Of a stretch of 64,000 nucleotides of DNA, positions 8,948 through 17,140 are shown one piece after another. The notes under the pieces are model-generated. The model made no database searches. It worked only from the letters and a program-made list of their open reading frames with translations, and was not told the origin of the DNA. The translations under genes were made by a program, and so were the position numbers. The DNA comes from an uncultured Pseudomonadota bacterium (lineage in GTDB: Bacteria > Oederibacteriota > Muellerivitia > Muellerivitales > Muellerivitaceae): positions 199,281 through 263,280 of the forward strand of contig CAWIIP010000004.1 in NCBI GenBank assembly GCA_963836235.1, written 5' to 3'. Every line of letters begins with the position of its first letter. The stretch's first letter is position 1.

Positions 8948-9411
8948 TTTCGATTTACCAGAAATATGCGGAAGCCATATTGAAAGGTGAGAAAATCATT
9001 GAATTTCGCAAAGCGCAATTCCCAAAAAACGTATCCCGTGTCTATCTATATTCCACGAGCCCCGTTCAAAAGGTCATCGGTCATTTTGATGTAAAAGACG
9101 TTCTTCGAGCTAGTCCTCGGAGTTTGTGGAACGAATACGGGAAACATGGCTCGATCGGTTATGCTGATTATGTTAATTACTATGGAGACGCGGAAGAGGC
9201 TTGTGGAATACTTGTTAAGAGTGTCGTTCGATATTTGCGACCGGTGGATTTAAAGGAAATTGATCCCTCAATGTCGGTACCACAAAGTTATCGTTACCTT
9301 ACTGAGGATCTTATTGAAAAGCTGGAAAGTAAATCTTTAAAAAATCGATCAAGCTATTTTTCACGAATAGTTTCCTCTGCATTTGGATTGGGAAAGATGT
9401 TTGCGAGGTAA
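8908..9411 (+). CDS. ASCH domain protein
   Basis: ISIYQKYAEAILKGEKIIEFRK ... RVYLYSTSPVQKVIGHFDVKDV is an ASCH-type beta-barrel signature. Overlaps the upstream gene end. An alternative TTG start at 8944 would give a 4-nt overlap. Confidence 0.55.
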   Translation: MGKRSDEPSTEVLISIYQKYAEAILKGEKIIEFRKAQFPKNVSRVYLYSTSPVQKVIGHFDVKDVLRASPRSLWNEYGKHGSIGYADYVNYYGDAEEACGILVKSVVRYLRPVDLKEIDPSMSVPQSYRYLTEDLIEKLESKSLKNRSSYFSRIVSSAFGLGKMFAR

Positions 9412-9673
9412 CTTGGTAAGATTTTATAGAACACCATTCCTTCTCCTATATTCGACATTGTGCGATCAAGCTTATAAGTGGGGCATTTCTACTTGGGCTA
9501 AGGTTATTTTTTAAGTGGCTTTTTCTAACTATTCTAGAATCTCTGATTTCATTGTTTTGGATGGGCCAGTTATTGAAAAAGTGATGCGATTATTGATTTA
9601 GCAAAAATGGCAAAGGGACAATAAACAAAAATCCAATCCAACAATTGAAGCTTTTTAAAAAGAAAGGAATTTC

Positions 9674-10519
9674 ATGGAAGCCAATGACGATATGTTTACA
9701 ACTATTCTTGGTTTAATTATTAGTCTGATAATTTCATGGAGCATTGGGCTTTTCCTTCCGATTCTGATTCGCTACGTTTTTTATAAACGGGCCCTTTCAA
9801 AAAAAGAGGCTGGTTGGTTTGCCTTTGCGAATTCTTTTTTAAATTTTATCCTCTCAGTGACAATGGCAATCGCATTCCCCGATTATTGGAAACTTTCCAA
9901 CGAAAAAAACTTGTTATTGCCTTACGTTATCTTATTTTTTGGTGCCCGGTGGGTAATGACCAGGCCAACAGCTCCCCCGAAAATTAAAAAGGCTGAAGAA
10001 AAAAAGGTGCCGGTGGAGCATTTAAGTTTGGGACGGAAGACTTTTCGATTTTTTTGGAAAACCGTTTTTTGTTTGGCTGGAACCTGGTTGGGGGTTCTAT
10101 GGATAATCACTATTTACGCGATGCTGAAGAAAGACATTGAAAACGAATTATTTACTTCCGGCTTTGTAATGTTTGTTTCCCGGTCTAGCTCCTTGGCGCT
10201 AATAACCTTTGAGTTGATAATCTCCCTCTATCTGTTTTCGTATATTATTCAAAAAACTCTGTTGGTGAAAATTATTAGATTTATTGAATGGATAATTTTT
10301 ATAATCTTTTTGATTATGGGAACGGTAGGGATTGCAAATTACTTATTTATGTTTTTGAAGGGGGAAGGGTTTTACCCGGGAACTATTATTTTCAATCTGT
10401 TTTTTGTTGGTATTTGTTTATTGGTTTTGTGGCATCTGTTTAAGATTCCGGCTTCGACGAGAATTTATCAAAATTTGAAAATTAGTTGGACCAACAATAA
10501 AGCTTTAAAAATGCCATGA
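9674..10519 (+). CDS. polytopic membrane protein, hypothetical
   Basis: 281 aa with at least 6 hydrophobic helices. No recognisable motif. Confidence 0.4.
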   Translation: MEANDDMFTTILGLIISLIISWSIGLFLPILIRYVFYKRALSKKEAGWFAFANSFLNFILSVTMAIAFPDYWKLSNEKNLLLPYVILFFGARWVMTRPTAPPKIKKAEEKKVPVEHLSLGRKTFRFFWKTVFCLAGTWLGVLWIITIYAMLKKDIENELFTSGFVMFVSRSSSLALITFELIISLYLFSYIIQKTLLVKIIRFIEWIIFIIFLIMGTVGIANYLFMFLKGEGFYPGTIIFNLFFVGICLLVLWHLFKIPASTRIYQNLKISWTNNKALKMP

Positions 10520-10871
10520 GATGGGAGAATTCATTTGTCAGAACTTAGAAGAACACATTTCATTTATAAAAAAGGCACCCTTGACGAACCCACCCCATCC
10601 GTATACTCTTAAATTAGTCATTAAGAGTTGGGCTGGCGCCCATACCAACCTGCCTACCCCGGCAAGGTGGTTCGCTTTCAAAAGCGGATGAGGCCCCCGA
10701 AGGGCAACTTTAGCGGGACTGCCAGCCTTCCTGAATTTTCAGGTGGGCTTTTTTATTGCCCGGAATTGGAGGAAATGCAAAACCAAAAAATTTTGTAAGG
10801 CTGGATTTAACCAACTTGTCCCGGCCAGGCTCCCGGAAAGGAACCAAAAGGGACTAAAAAGGAGATTTAAA

Positions 10872-12035
10872 ATGAGTAACACCATTCCGTTTGAGAATTT
10901 TGAGGATATCCACCAAGACATCCCGAGGCAATTTAGTTTTTTAAGGCAAAAACTCGTCACCCTCGCCTTCATCCCAAGGCGATTAGCAATTCCAGAACGA
11001 CCTGAACTAAACGATTTTCCACTCAACATCATCTTTTCCAACCGGGTTGATATCCCCAAGGGAGGGGACATCCGCCTAGCTCTTTATGAGCCGGATTTTT
11101 CGACCTTCGAGTCAAAAGAGGGCAAAAAGGAGTTGATCTACCGCAATACGCATGGCGGGGACAGCCAAGTAAAAGTTATCAAAGAAGCCAAGGGCTATTA
11201 CACGGGAGTCAGAACCATCAAAGGGGTGGATAAAAATTTCGTCAATGGGGAAACCTGGAAATTCTTTTTTCTCTATTTGAGTTTATACGGGATATTTGGG
11301 GATGAAGCTTATATCAACTTGCCCGCCTCGGTCATAACCGAAGCTTTCCCCCCGAAGGCGATTCCAGAAAAGGACAAGGAGATATTGACCGCTCCCGAAC
11401 CGATCAAACCATATCTGACGGTCGCCCAGAACAATGTCAATGCCGACAGCAAGGCGGTTGAAGAAATCCGTTTAAAAGCCAAAACAGAACCCGATAAATA
11501 TCTTTCCCAACTCGCTAAAAACCTGAGCGACCTCGGGCTCAGTTTAAGTGGAGCAGGCCAAAAGGATGACGCGGTTAAGGTCACCCGCGAAGCGCTTGAA
11601 ATCGCTCGTTCATTGAACGAAGGGGAAAACCAAGAAAACCCTATCTTGCTAGGCGTAATCCTCAACAACTTTGGCAATAGGCTTTACGAACAAGGAAAAA
11701 TACAAGAAGCCATCGAAACGGTCAATGAAGCCGAAGTCATTTTTCGCAAGTTGGCCAAAGATTACGGGGGAACTCCCAGGGGCGACCACGCCAGAAGCCT
11801 CATTGATAGTGCTCAATATTTAAGTAAATTGAATAAAAACGATGAAGCACTTAAGCTGGCCCAAGAAGCCGTTGAGCTAAGCCGAAAACTTGTAAACGAG
11901 AACGCTGTAAGGTACCGTTCGTTTCTTGCAAGGGGTTTATTCACTCTTTCAAATTCTTATAGAGGATTAGGACTTTTCGACGAATCATATAAGGCAGGGA
12001 AAGAGGCTGAAATGGTATCCGATGGGATGGTATAG
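10872..12035 (+). CDS. TPR-repeat protein, hypothetical
   Basis: ATG at 10872 has a GGAG RBS. The table ORF extends to 10743 with no RBS. C-terminal half carries TPR-like helical repeats (LGLSLSGAGQKDDAVKV ... ALKLAQEAVELSRKL). Confidence 0.45.
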   Translation: MSNTIPFENFEDIHQDIPRQFSFLRQKLVTLAFIPRRLAIPERPELNDFPLNIIFSNRVDIPKGGDIRLALYEPDFSTFESKEGKKELIYRNTHGGDSQVKVIKEAKGYYTGVRTIKGVDKNFVNGETWKFFFLYLSLYGIFGDEAYINLPASVITEAFPPKAIPEKDKEILTAPEPIKPYLTVAQNNVNADSKAVEEIRLKAKTEPDKYLSQLAKNLSDLGLSLSGAGQKDDAVKVTREALEIARSLNEGENQENPILLGVILNNFGNRLYEQGKIQEAIETVNEAEVIFRKLAKDYGGTPRGDHARSLIDSAQYLSKLNKNDEALKLAQEAVELSRKLVNENAVRYRSFLARGLFTLSNSYRGLGLFDESYKAGKEAEMVSDGMV

Positions 12036-12065
12036 AAATTCTTTAAGTTAAAAAGAGGTGGTCAA

Positions 12066-12536
12066 ATGCCAAAACAAATCCTCTATATCGACATGGACAA
12101 CGTTCTGGTCGATTTCAAATCAGGCATTAATCGCCTGACAAAGGCCGAGAGGAAGCTTTTCAAAGACCGTCTCGACGAGGTTCCCGGCATCTTCCACCGC
12201 ATGGAACCAATGAAGGACGCGGTCAAATCTTTTCAAACCCTTGCCAAACACTTCGACGTTTACATCCTCTCCACCGCACCTTGGGAGAACCACACCGCCT
12301 GGAGCGATAAGCTGCTTTGGGTCAAATTGCACTTGGGGGAAACCGCCTACAAGCGAGTGATTTTGACCCACCACAAAAACCTGAATATGGGGGATTATTT
12401 GATCGACGACCGCACCAAAAACGGCGTCGATAAATTCACTGGGGAACACATTCATTTTGGTAAGGGCGAATTCAAAACCTGGAAAGCTGTGGTAAAGCAC
12501 CTTTCTTCTAAAAAGACGTCGGTTTCCAAAAAATGA
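12066..12536 (+). CDS. 5'(3')-deoxyribonucleotidase-like HAD phosphatase (NT5C family)
   Basis: HAD motif I, IDMDNVLVDF, at the N-terminus. GDYLIDDR matches the NT5C-type fold. 156 aa. Confidence 0.55.
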   Translation: MPKQILYIDMDNVLVDFKSGINRLTKAERKLFKDRLDEVPGIFHRMEPMKDAVKSFQTLAKHFDVYILSTAPWENHTAWSDKLLWVKLHLGETAYKRVILTHHKNLNMGDYLIDDRTKNGVDKFTGEHIHFGKGEFKTWKAVVKHLSSKKTSVSKK

Positions 12537-12775
12537 AAAATTTTGCATTTTGGCGCGGGGCTATTTTCGACGCCAAAACCCTTTTGAGTTTAAAAGCCGT
12601 GGGGGAGGACATCGCCCAATTTCAGAAACAAACCGACCTTTTGGGCGACGGGGAAAAGAAATTAACTGAGGTCCAAGTGGAAACCCTTCGCTTGGAATAC
12701 TCCCTTAAAATGAAAAAATTGACCGCAGAAACCCTGTTTATAAAACAGCCTGGAAAGCCCAAGTTTAAAAAATAA
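12533..12775 (+). CDS. hypothetical protein
   Basis: 80-aa ORF overlapping the upstream stop by 4 nt. No motif. Confidence 0.25.
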   Translation: MKNFAFWRGAIFDAKTLLSLKAVGEDIAQFQKQTDLLGDGEKKLTEVQVETLRLEYSLKMKKLTAETLFIKQPGKPKFKK

Positions 12776-12906
12776 AACTGAAAATTGAACATCGTTCAGC
12801 CCCATAAATCTAGTATTTAGGGCCTGGTTAATTTATTGAATGGCATTTGGTATTGCGCAATAATTTACAAGATATAATTTGAAATTTTTAATTCGACAGG
12901 CATCAG

Positions 12907-14718
12907 ATGCTCTTCCCTTTGGAAATATCAGCCCTAACCTTTCTTAGTGGTTTGTTATTTTGGCGGCTTTACATTTATTACAGCACTCCTATTTTAGGTG
13001 ATGGGAGCTTTTTCCAGGACTCCAAGGACTTTATGAAAGAAGAATTTCATAGGGTCTTCAAAATCGAGATTAACAGCGTGGGTTTGGATAACCCGCCACC
13101 GTTAAAGAAAAAGGATGGGTTAGTTATTCCTTCAGCGGTAGGTGAAGCTGGTATCTATGCGGCATCAATTATCCATAATTTATTAAGTGTAGATCGAGCG
13201 GTTTTGGATACTGCTACTCAACTATCCCATCAAACAATTAAAAATGTTTCAGATCTTCATACAGCAATAGGTGATTACAGCCATACCTTGGATGGAGGAG
13301 CCACCCAATCCGTGGTCAAATTCTTCGAAGGCCACTTAGGGGAGCAATTGGTAGCCAATCATGTGGAACATCTCGGAGCCCAAGTGAATTTCCCCGAGAT
13401 GTCAAACCAGGTTGGTTATGACTTTCATCTAAATGGAATACCCGTGAATGTGAAAACTATTGCGGACGCTAATAACCTCGCCGAACATTTTGCTAAATAT
13501 CCAGACATACCGGCTGTCGTTCCTTCCGACGCGATGCACATACCGCATGACGCGATTTATTTGAACCATGCTGATTCGATCGATCATTTCGTCAATGCTT
13601 ATCACCAAGGGCTTAACCATATTGTTCTAGTTGATTCTGGTTTATCGAATGTAGATGCTGTTCACCACGCAGGGAGCGCTTTGGATGCTGCTTCAGGAAA
13701 TTTTGACATCCATTGGCCGTGGGTAACAACAGTCCTATCGACAGTTAGGGAAATAGAGCTCTTGGATAAAAACTATACGACTTTTAAAAACTCTATTAAA
13801 AACATTGCATTGGATGCATCTGGCACTGGTATTGGAGCTGCGGCTGGTGCCAAACTTGGTGGTTTATTTGGTATGGCTATTTTTGGGCCGATAGGAGCCG
13901 CTGTGTTTGTGGTTTTGGGTGCTATTGCCGGAGGAGTCGGTGGTAGGACTGGAACGAATGCTATTAAATACAAAGAGTTCAATGACTTAAATGATCGATT
14001 TGAAGCCTTAAGAATGAGTGCACCAGGAAAGATGGAACACATCAAATCTACAACGGAAAATAAGATCGATTCCCATGTGTTAGAAAAGCAAAACGAACTT
14101 AAAAATTATTCCCTTGAGTTGGAAACAAAAATCAATGAGGAAAGGGAAGCTGTTAAAAAGAATGTGATTGATAAGTCGTCGCTTGAAGTTGAACATTTAC
14201 ATAAATTGAAACAAAAGTTCATAGAGGAGGTTAATTTAGAGATTACCGATCTTTCAGCTAAAATGAATGAGATCCCATTACTCCACAGAATCTTTCCGAA
14301 TAAAAACACAACTCTTTTGGTAAAGACTCGAAGATTCTTGATTTGGAAAGTAAACGGAATTAATAAAAGATTTAATCGGGTTATTCAAAGTATTAAACCC
14401 AGTGGTCTTACGGTTGGTGAGGCTGTCTCGCTTTTTTCGATACTTGCTGAGTTCAAATCCGCAAGCTCAGATGTCCATGGATATGTTGCCGAATTACAGA
14501 AAGACAGAGATAAAGCATTAGCGGCATATTCGAAACTTACTCAACGTTGTATTGATAACCTGGCAATCAAACGAAAACACATTATTGATGGGTTAGCGGT
14601 TTTTACAAAAAGGGAAATGGATGAAGCCAATTCTAGAGTTTTAAGAGTTATTGAAGACTTGAAGTCTGTCCAGGACAGTCTTGTTAGGGAGGGGAAAAGA
14701 CAAGGTCTTATTCAATAA
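12907..14718 (+). CDS. glycine-zipper membrane protein, hypothetical (possible toxin/effector-like)
   Basis: 603 aa. N-terminal TM. Central Gly-zipper GIGAAAGAKLGGLFGMAIFGPIGAAVFVVLGAIAGGVGG. C-terminal coiled-coil region. Confidence 0.4.
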   Translation: MLFPLEISALTFLSGLLFWRLYIYYSTPILGDGSFFQDSKDFMKEEFHRVFKIEINSVGLDNPPPLKKKDGLVIPSAVGEAGIYAASIIHNLLSVDRAVLDTATQLSHQTIKNVSDLHTAIGDYSHTLDGGATQSVVKFFEGHLGEQLVANHVEHLGAQVNFPEMSNQVGYDFHLNGIPVNVKTIADANNLAEHFAKYPDIPAVVPSDAMHIPHDAIYLNHADSIDHFVNAYHQGLNHIVLVDSGLSNVDAVHHAGSALDAASGNFDIHWPWVTTVLSTVREIELLDKNYTTFKNSIKNIALDASGTGIGAAAGAKLGGLFGMAIFGPIGAAVFVVLGAIAGGVGGRTGTNAIKYKEFNDLNDRFEALRMSAPGKMEHIKSTTENKIDSHVLEKQNELKNYSLELETKINEEREAVKKNVIDKSSLEVEHLHKLKQKFIEEVNLEITDLSAKMNEIPLLHRIFPNKNTTLLVKTRRFLIWKVNGINKRFNRVIQSIKPSGLTVGEAVSLFSILAEFKSASSDVHGYVAELQKDRDKALAAYSKLTQRCIDNLAIKRKHIIDGLAVFTKREMDEANSRVLRVIEDLKSVQDSLVREGKRQGLIQ

Positions 14719-14901
14719 TCAGTCGAATCTCTTATGCACCACACGCCCTTGAAAACCAAAATTCAAAAAATAAATTCTTTAAATTTACTGAAAATCCCCA
14801 GTTTTTAATTTTACCAAATCCTAAAAACTTGACCCCCTTCCAATATAGGCGTTATATCTACAGTATACCCATGTATACCAACGACCTTATTTGGAGGATT
14901 T

Positions 14902-15372
14902 ATGACCACCCATGCCCACTATGTCGGCTCCGTCGAAGAATACGAAAACCTCATCCTGACCCTCGTTCTGCCCCCGGTCCAGTGCGGGGCTCCCGGCCCA
15001 CCGGAGTCCTACAAGGAGAAGCGCATCCAATTAAGCGACTTGGTGGATCACCCCTACGCCTCTTACCTCTGGATTGCCTCCGGGGATTCCATGATCGGGG
15101 CTGGCATCCATTCGGGGGATTTCCTTTTGGTCGATAAGGCACTCATCCCCATCCCCAACGATATCGTCATCGCCGCCCTCAATGGGGAGGCAACCGTCAA
15201 GCGGCTCAGTATCCAGGACAAGAAAGTTCTCCTCATTCCCGAAAACCCGGAATTCAAACCCATCCCGATTGACCCCGAAGAAGGGGTCCATATGCTCGGT
15301 GTCATTACCTATACCATCCATCCCTTGAGAGGTTCCAATGGAGTACGTCGTCGCATTGGTCGATTGCAATAA
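14902..15372 (+). CDS. umuD: UmuD-like S24 peptidase (LexA-like autoprotease; translesion synthesis accessory)
   Basis: ASGDSMIGAGIHSGDFLLVDKAL and IVIAALNGEATVKRL carry the Ser/Lys dyad context. N-terminus PVQCGAPGPPESY resembles the UmuD cleavage region. GGAGG RBS. Confidence 0.7.
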   Translation: MTTHAHYVGSVEEYENLILTLVLPPVQCGAPGPPESYKEKRIQLSDLVDHPYASYLWIASGDSMIGAGIHSGDFLLVDKALIPIPNDIVIAALNGEATVKRLSIQDKKVLLIPENPEFKPIPIDPEEGVHMLGVITYTIHPLRGSNGVRRRIGRLQ

Positions 15373-16609
15373 TTTCTTTGTCTCCTGTGAGCGTGCCTTT
15401 AACCCCCGACTTTTCAAGAGGCCGGTCGTTGTGCTTTCCAACAACGACGGCCTGGTCATAGCCCGCTCAAACGAAGCTAAGGCCTTGGGTTTCAAGATGG
15501 GTGACGCTGTGTTCTTGAAACGGGATCTGATTAAAGAACACAACGTCATAGTCATGTCCTCGAACTACGCCCTGTATTTCGACATGCGCGACCGGGTGAG
15601 GGAAGTGTTTTCTCTCTTTACCCACAGGCTAGATAAATACTCCATCGATGAATGTTTCCTCGACCTGTCCGGCATGCCCCATGAGGAATTAGAGGGGTAT
15701 GGACGGCAGATCAAGGAGATGGTGGAAAGATGCACAGAGATACCGGTGTCGGTGGGTATCGCCGGAACCAAAAGTTTGGCAAAACTCGCAAACAAGATCG
15801 CCAAGAAATCCGATAAGGCGAAGGGAGTTGTGAACCTTTTTAAATCCCCTCACTTGGAAAGAGCCTTGGCCCAAACCGATGTGGGTGACCTATGGGGTGT
15901 GGGACCGGCTTACGAAAGGATGCTCAAAGAGAACGGCATTAACAACGCCCTGGAATTCAGGAACGCCCCGGAACATTGGGTGAGGGCCAGGATGACAGTC
16001 ATGGGGGCCAGGATTCAAACCGAACTGAAAGGGACCGAGTGCTTTCCCTTGGAACTGCTACCACCGCCCAAAAAGATGATTGGTACGGCCCAAGGTTTTG
16101 GAGCCCTTATCGAATCCCTGGAAGAAATGAGGGAGGCCGCGGCGACCAGGGCATCCGAGGAGGCGGTGAAGCTCAGGGTCGAGAAGCAATGCGTGAAGGA
16201 ACTGACCGTCTGGATTCAGACCAACACCTTCAGCCCTGAACCCCAATATGGGGAAGCCCGGACGGTGGTATTCCCGGTGGCCACCAACGACACCTCGACT
16301 CTGATCCGGTATGTGGTGGCCGTGGTGGAGGCCCTTTACAAGAGGGGCTACCGGTACAAGAGGATAGGATTGAACGCCGACAAGTTGGAACCGGAGGACG
16401 CCGTTCAACAACATTTGTTCCTCAGGCCTGAGGATGCCCGGAGGCCTGTCCTGATGAGGGTCATTGACCAATTGAATGAGGTCAAAGGGGCCGGCACGAT
16501 CAGAATGGCGGCGGTGGGGATTAACCAAAGGTGGCTGACCAAGTTCGAACACCAGTCACCGCACTACACGACAAGACTCAGGGACTTGCCCATCGCAAGA
16601 GTCTGTTGA
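15338..16609 (+). CDS. umuC: Y-family DNA polymerase V catalytic subunit UmuC
   Basis: N-terminus ALVDCNNFFVSCERAFNPRL...PVVVLSNNDGLVIARSNEAKALG is the UmuC/DinB-type signature. 423 aa. Confidence 0.85.
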   Translation: MEYVVALVDCNNFFVSCERAFNPRLFKRPVVVLSNNDGLVIARSNEAKALGFKMGDAVFLKRDLIKEHNVIVMSSNYALYFDMRDRVREVFSLFTHRLDKYSIDECFLDLSGMPHEELEGYGRQIKEMVERCTEIPVSVGIAGTKSLAKLANKIAKKSDKAKGVVNLFKSPHLERALAQTDVGDLWGVGPAYERMLKENGINNALEFRNAPEHWVRARMTVMGARIQTELKGTECFPLELLPPPKKMIGTAQGFGALIESLEEMREAAATRASEEAVKLRVEKQCVKELTVWIQTNTFSPEPQYGEARTVVFPVATNDTSTLIRYVVAVVEALYKRGYRYKRIGLNADKLEPEDAVQQHLFLRPEDARRPVLMRVIDQLNEVKGAGTIRMAAVGINQRWLTKFEHQSPHYTTRLRDLPIARVC

Positions 16610-16725
16610 AGGCCGGAAAAAACGTCCGACAAAACCCTCAAACCCACCCCGAAAAAGGCCAAGATGCAGAGACAAACACCGTCACAGGTAGTACCGCGCC
16701 ATGGAACCATCAAAAGTAAAGTTAT

Positions 16726-16848
16726 GGGCTGTTTTACTGGTCAATCTTCGTGCTCCGATGGCGACCCCCCCTATCTACGCATCAAGAGAAGATGCTAGAA
16801 GCGATAGGGGGGGTCGCCCTCTCCGCACGAAGACCAGTAAAACAGCCC
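16726..16848. repeat. long imperfect inverted repeat (about 48-nt arms, about 27-nt spacer)
   Basis: Left arm gggctgttttactggtcaatcttcgtgctccgatggcgaccccccctatc. The right arm is its reverse complement except for a 4-nt indel and a 6-nt mismatch block. Confidence 0.8.
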
Positions 16849-16923
16849 AAGTTTTTAAAACAGAAAAGGAACAGAGTTAAGAAACAGAGAAAGTCAAAGT
16901 CAAAAGCAAACACTGTAAACCGA

Positions 16924-17140
16924 AGTGGTAGGACGGGAGTGAAGTGGTAGGGGTATGCGATGTGGTAGGTGGTAAGGCAGCCATAGGAGCCAGAGGTTGT
17001 AGGTGGTGGATGTTGGGGGTAATAGAATTCAGGATGGTAGGTGGTAAAACAGACATAGGGGCCGGGAGTTTTAGGTGATGGATTTTAGGGGATTTAGAAT
17101 CCGGGGTGGTAGCCGGTAAGGCAAAGCACAGACAAGGCAA
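16924..17140 (+). repeat. G-rich tandem repeat, about 72-nt unit x about 2.4
   Basis: Unit starts (ggtaggtggtaa / ggtagccggtaa) at 16964, 17036 and 17108, giving a period of 72. Preceded by GTGGTAGG motifs at 16924-16962. Confidence 0.7.

Noticed and set aside
15031-15555. 174-aa and 80-aa minus-strand ORFs
   Set aside because: Antisense to the conserved umuD/umuC junction.
16924-17140. Possible CRISPR array
   Set aside because: Repeat units are about 72 nt, contiguous and only about 70% identical. There is no alternation of conserved short repeats with unique spacers and no cas genes nearby.
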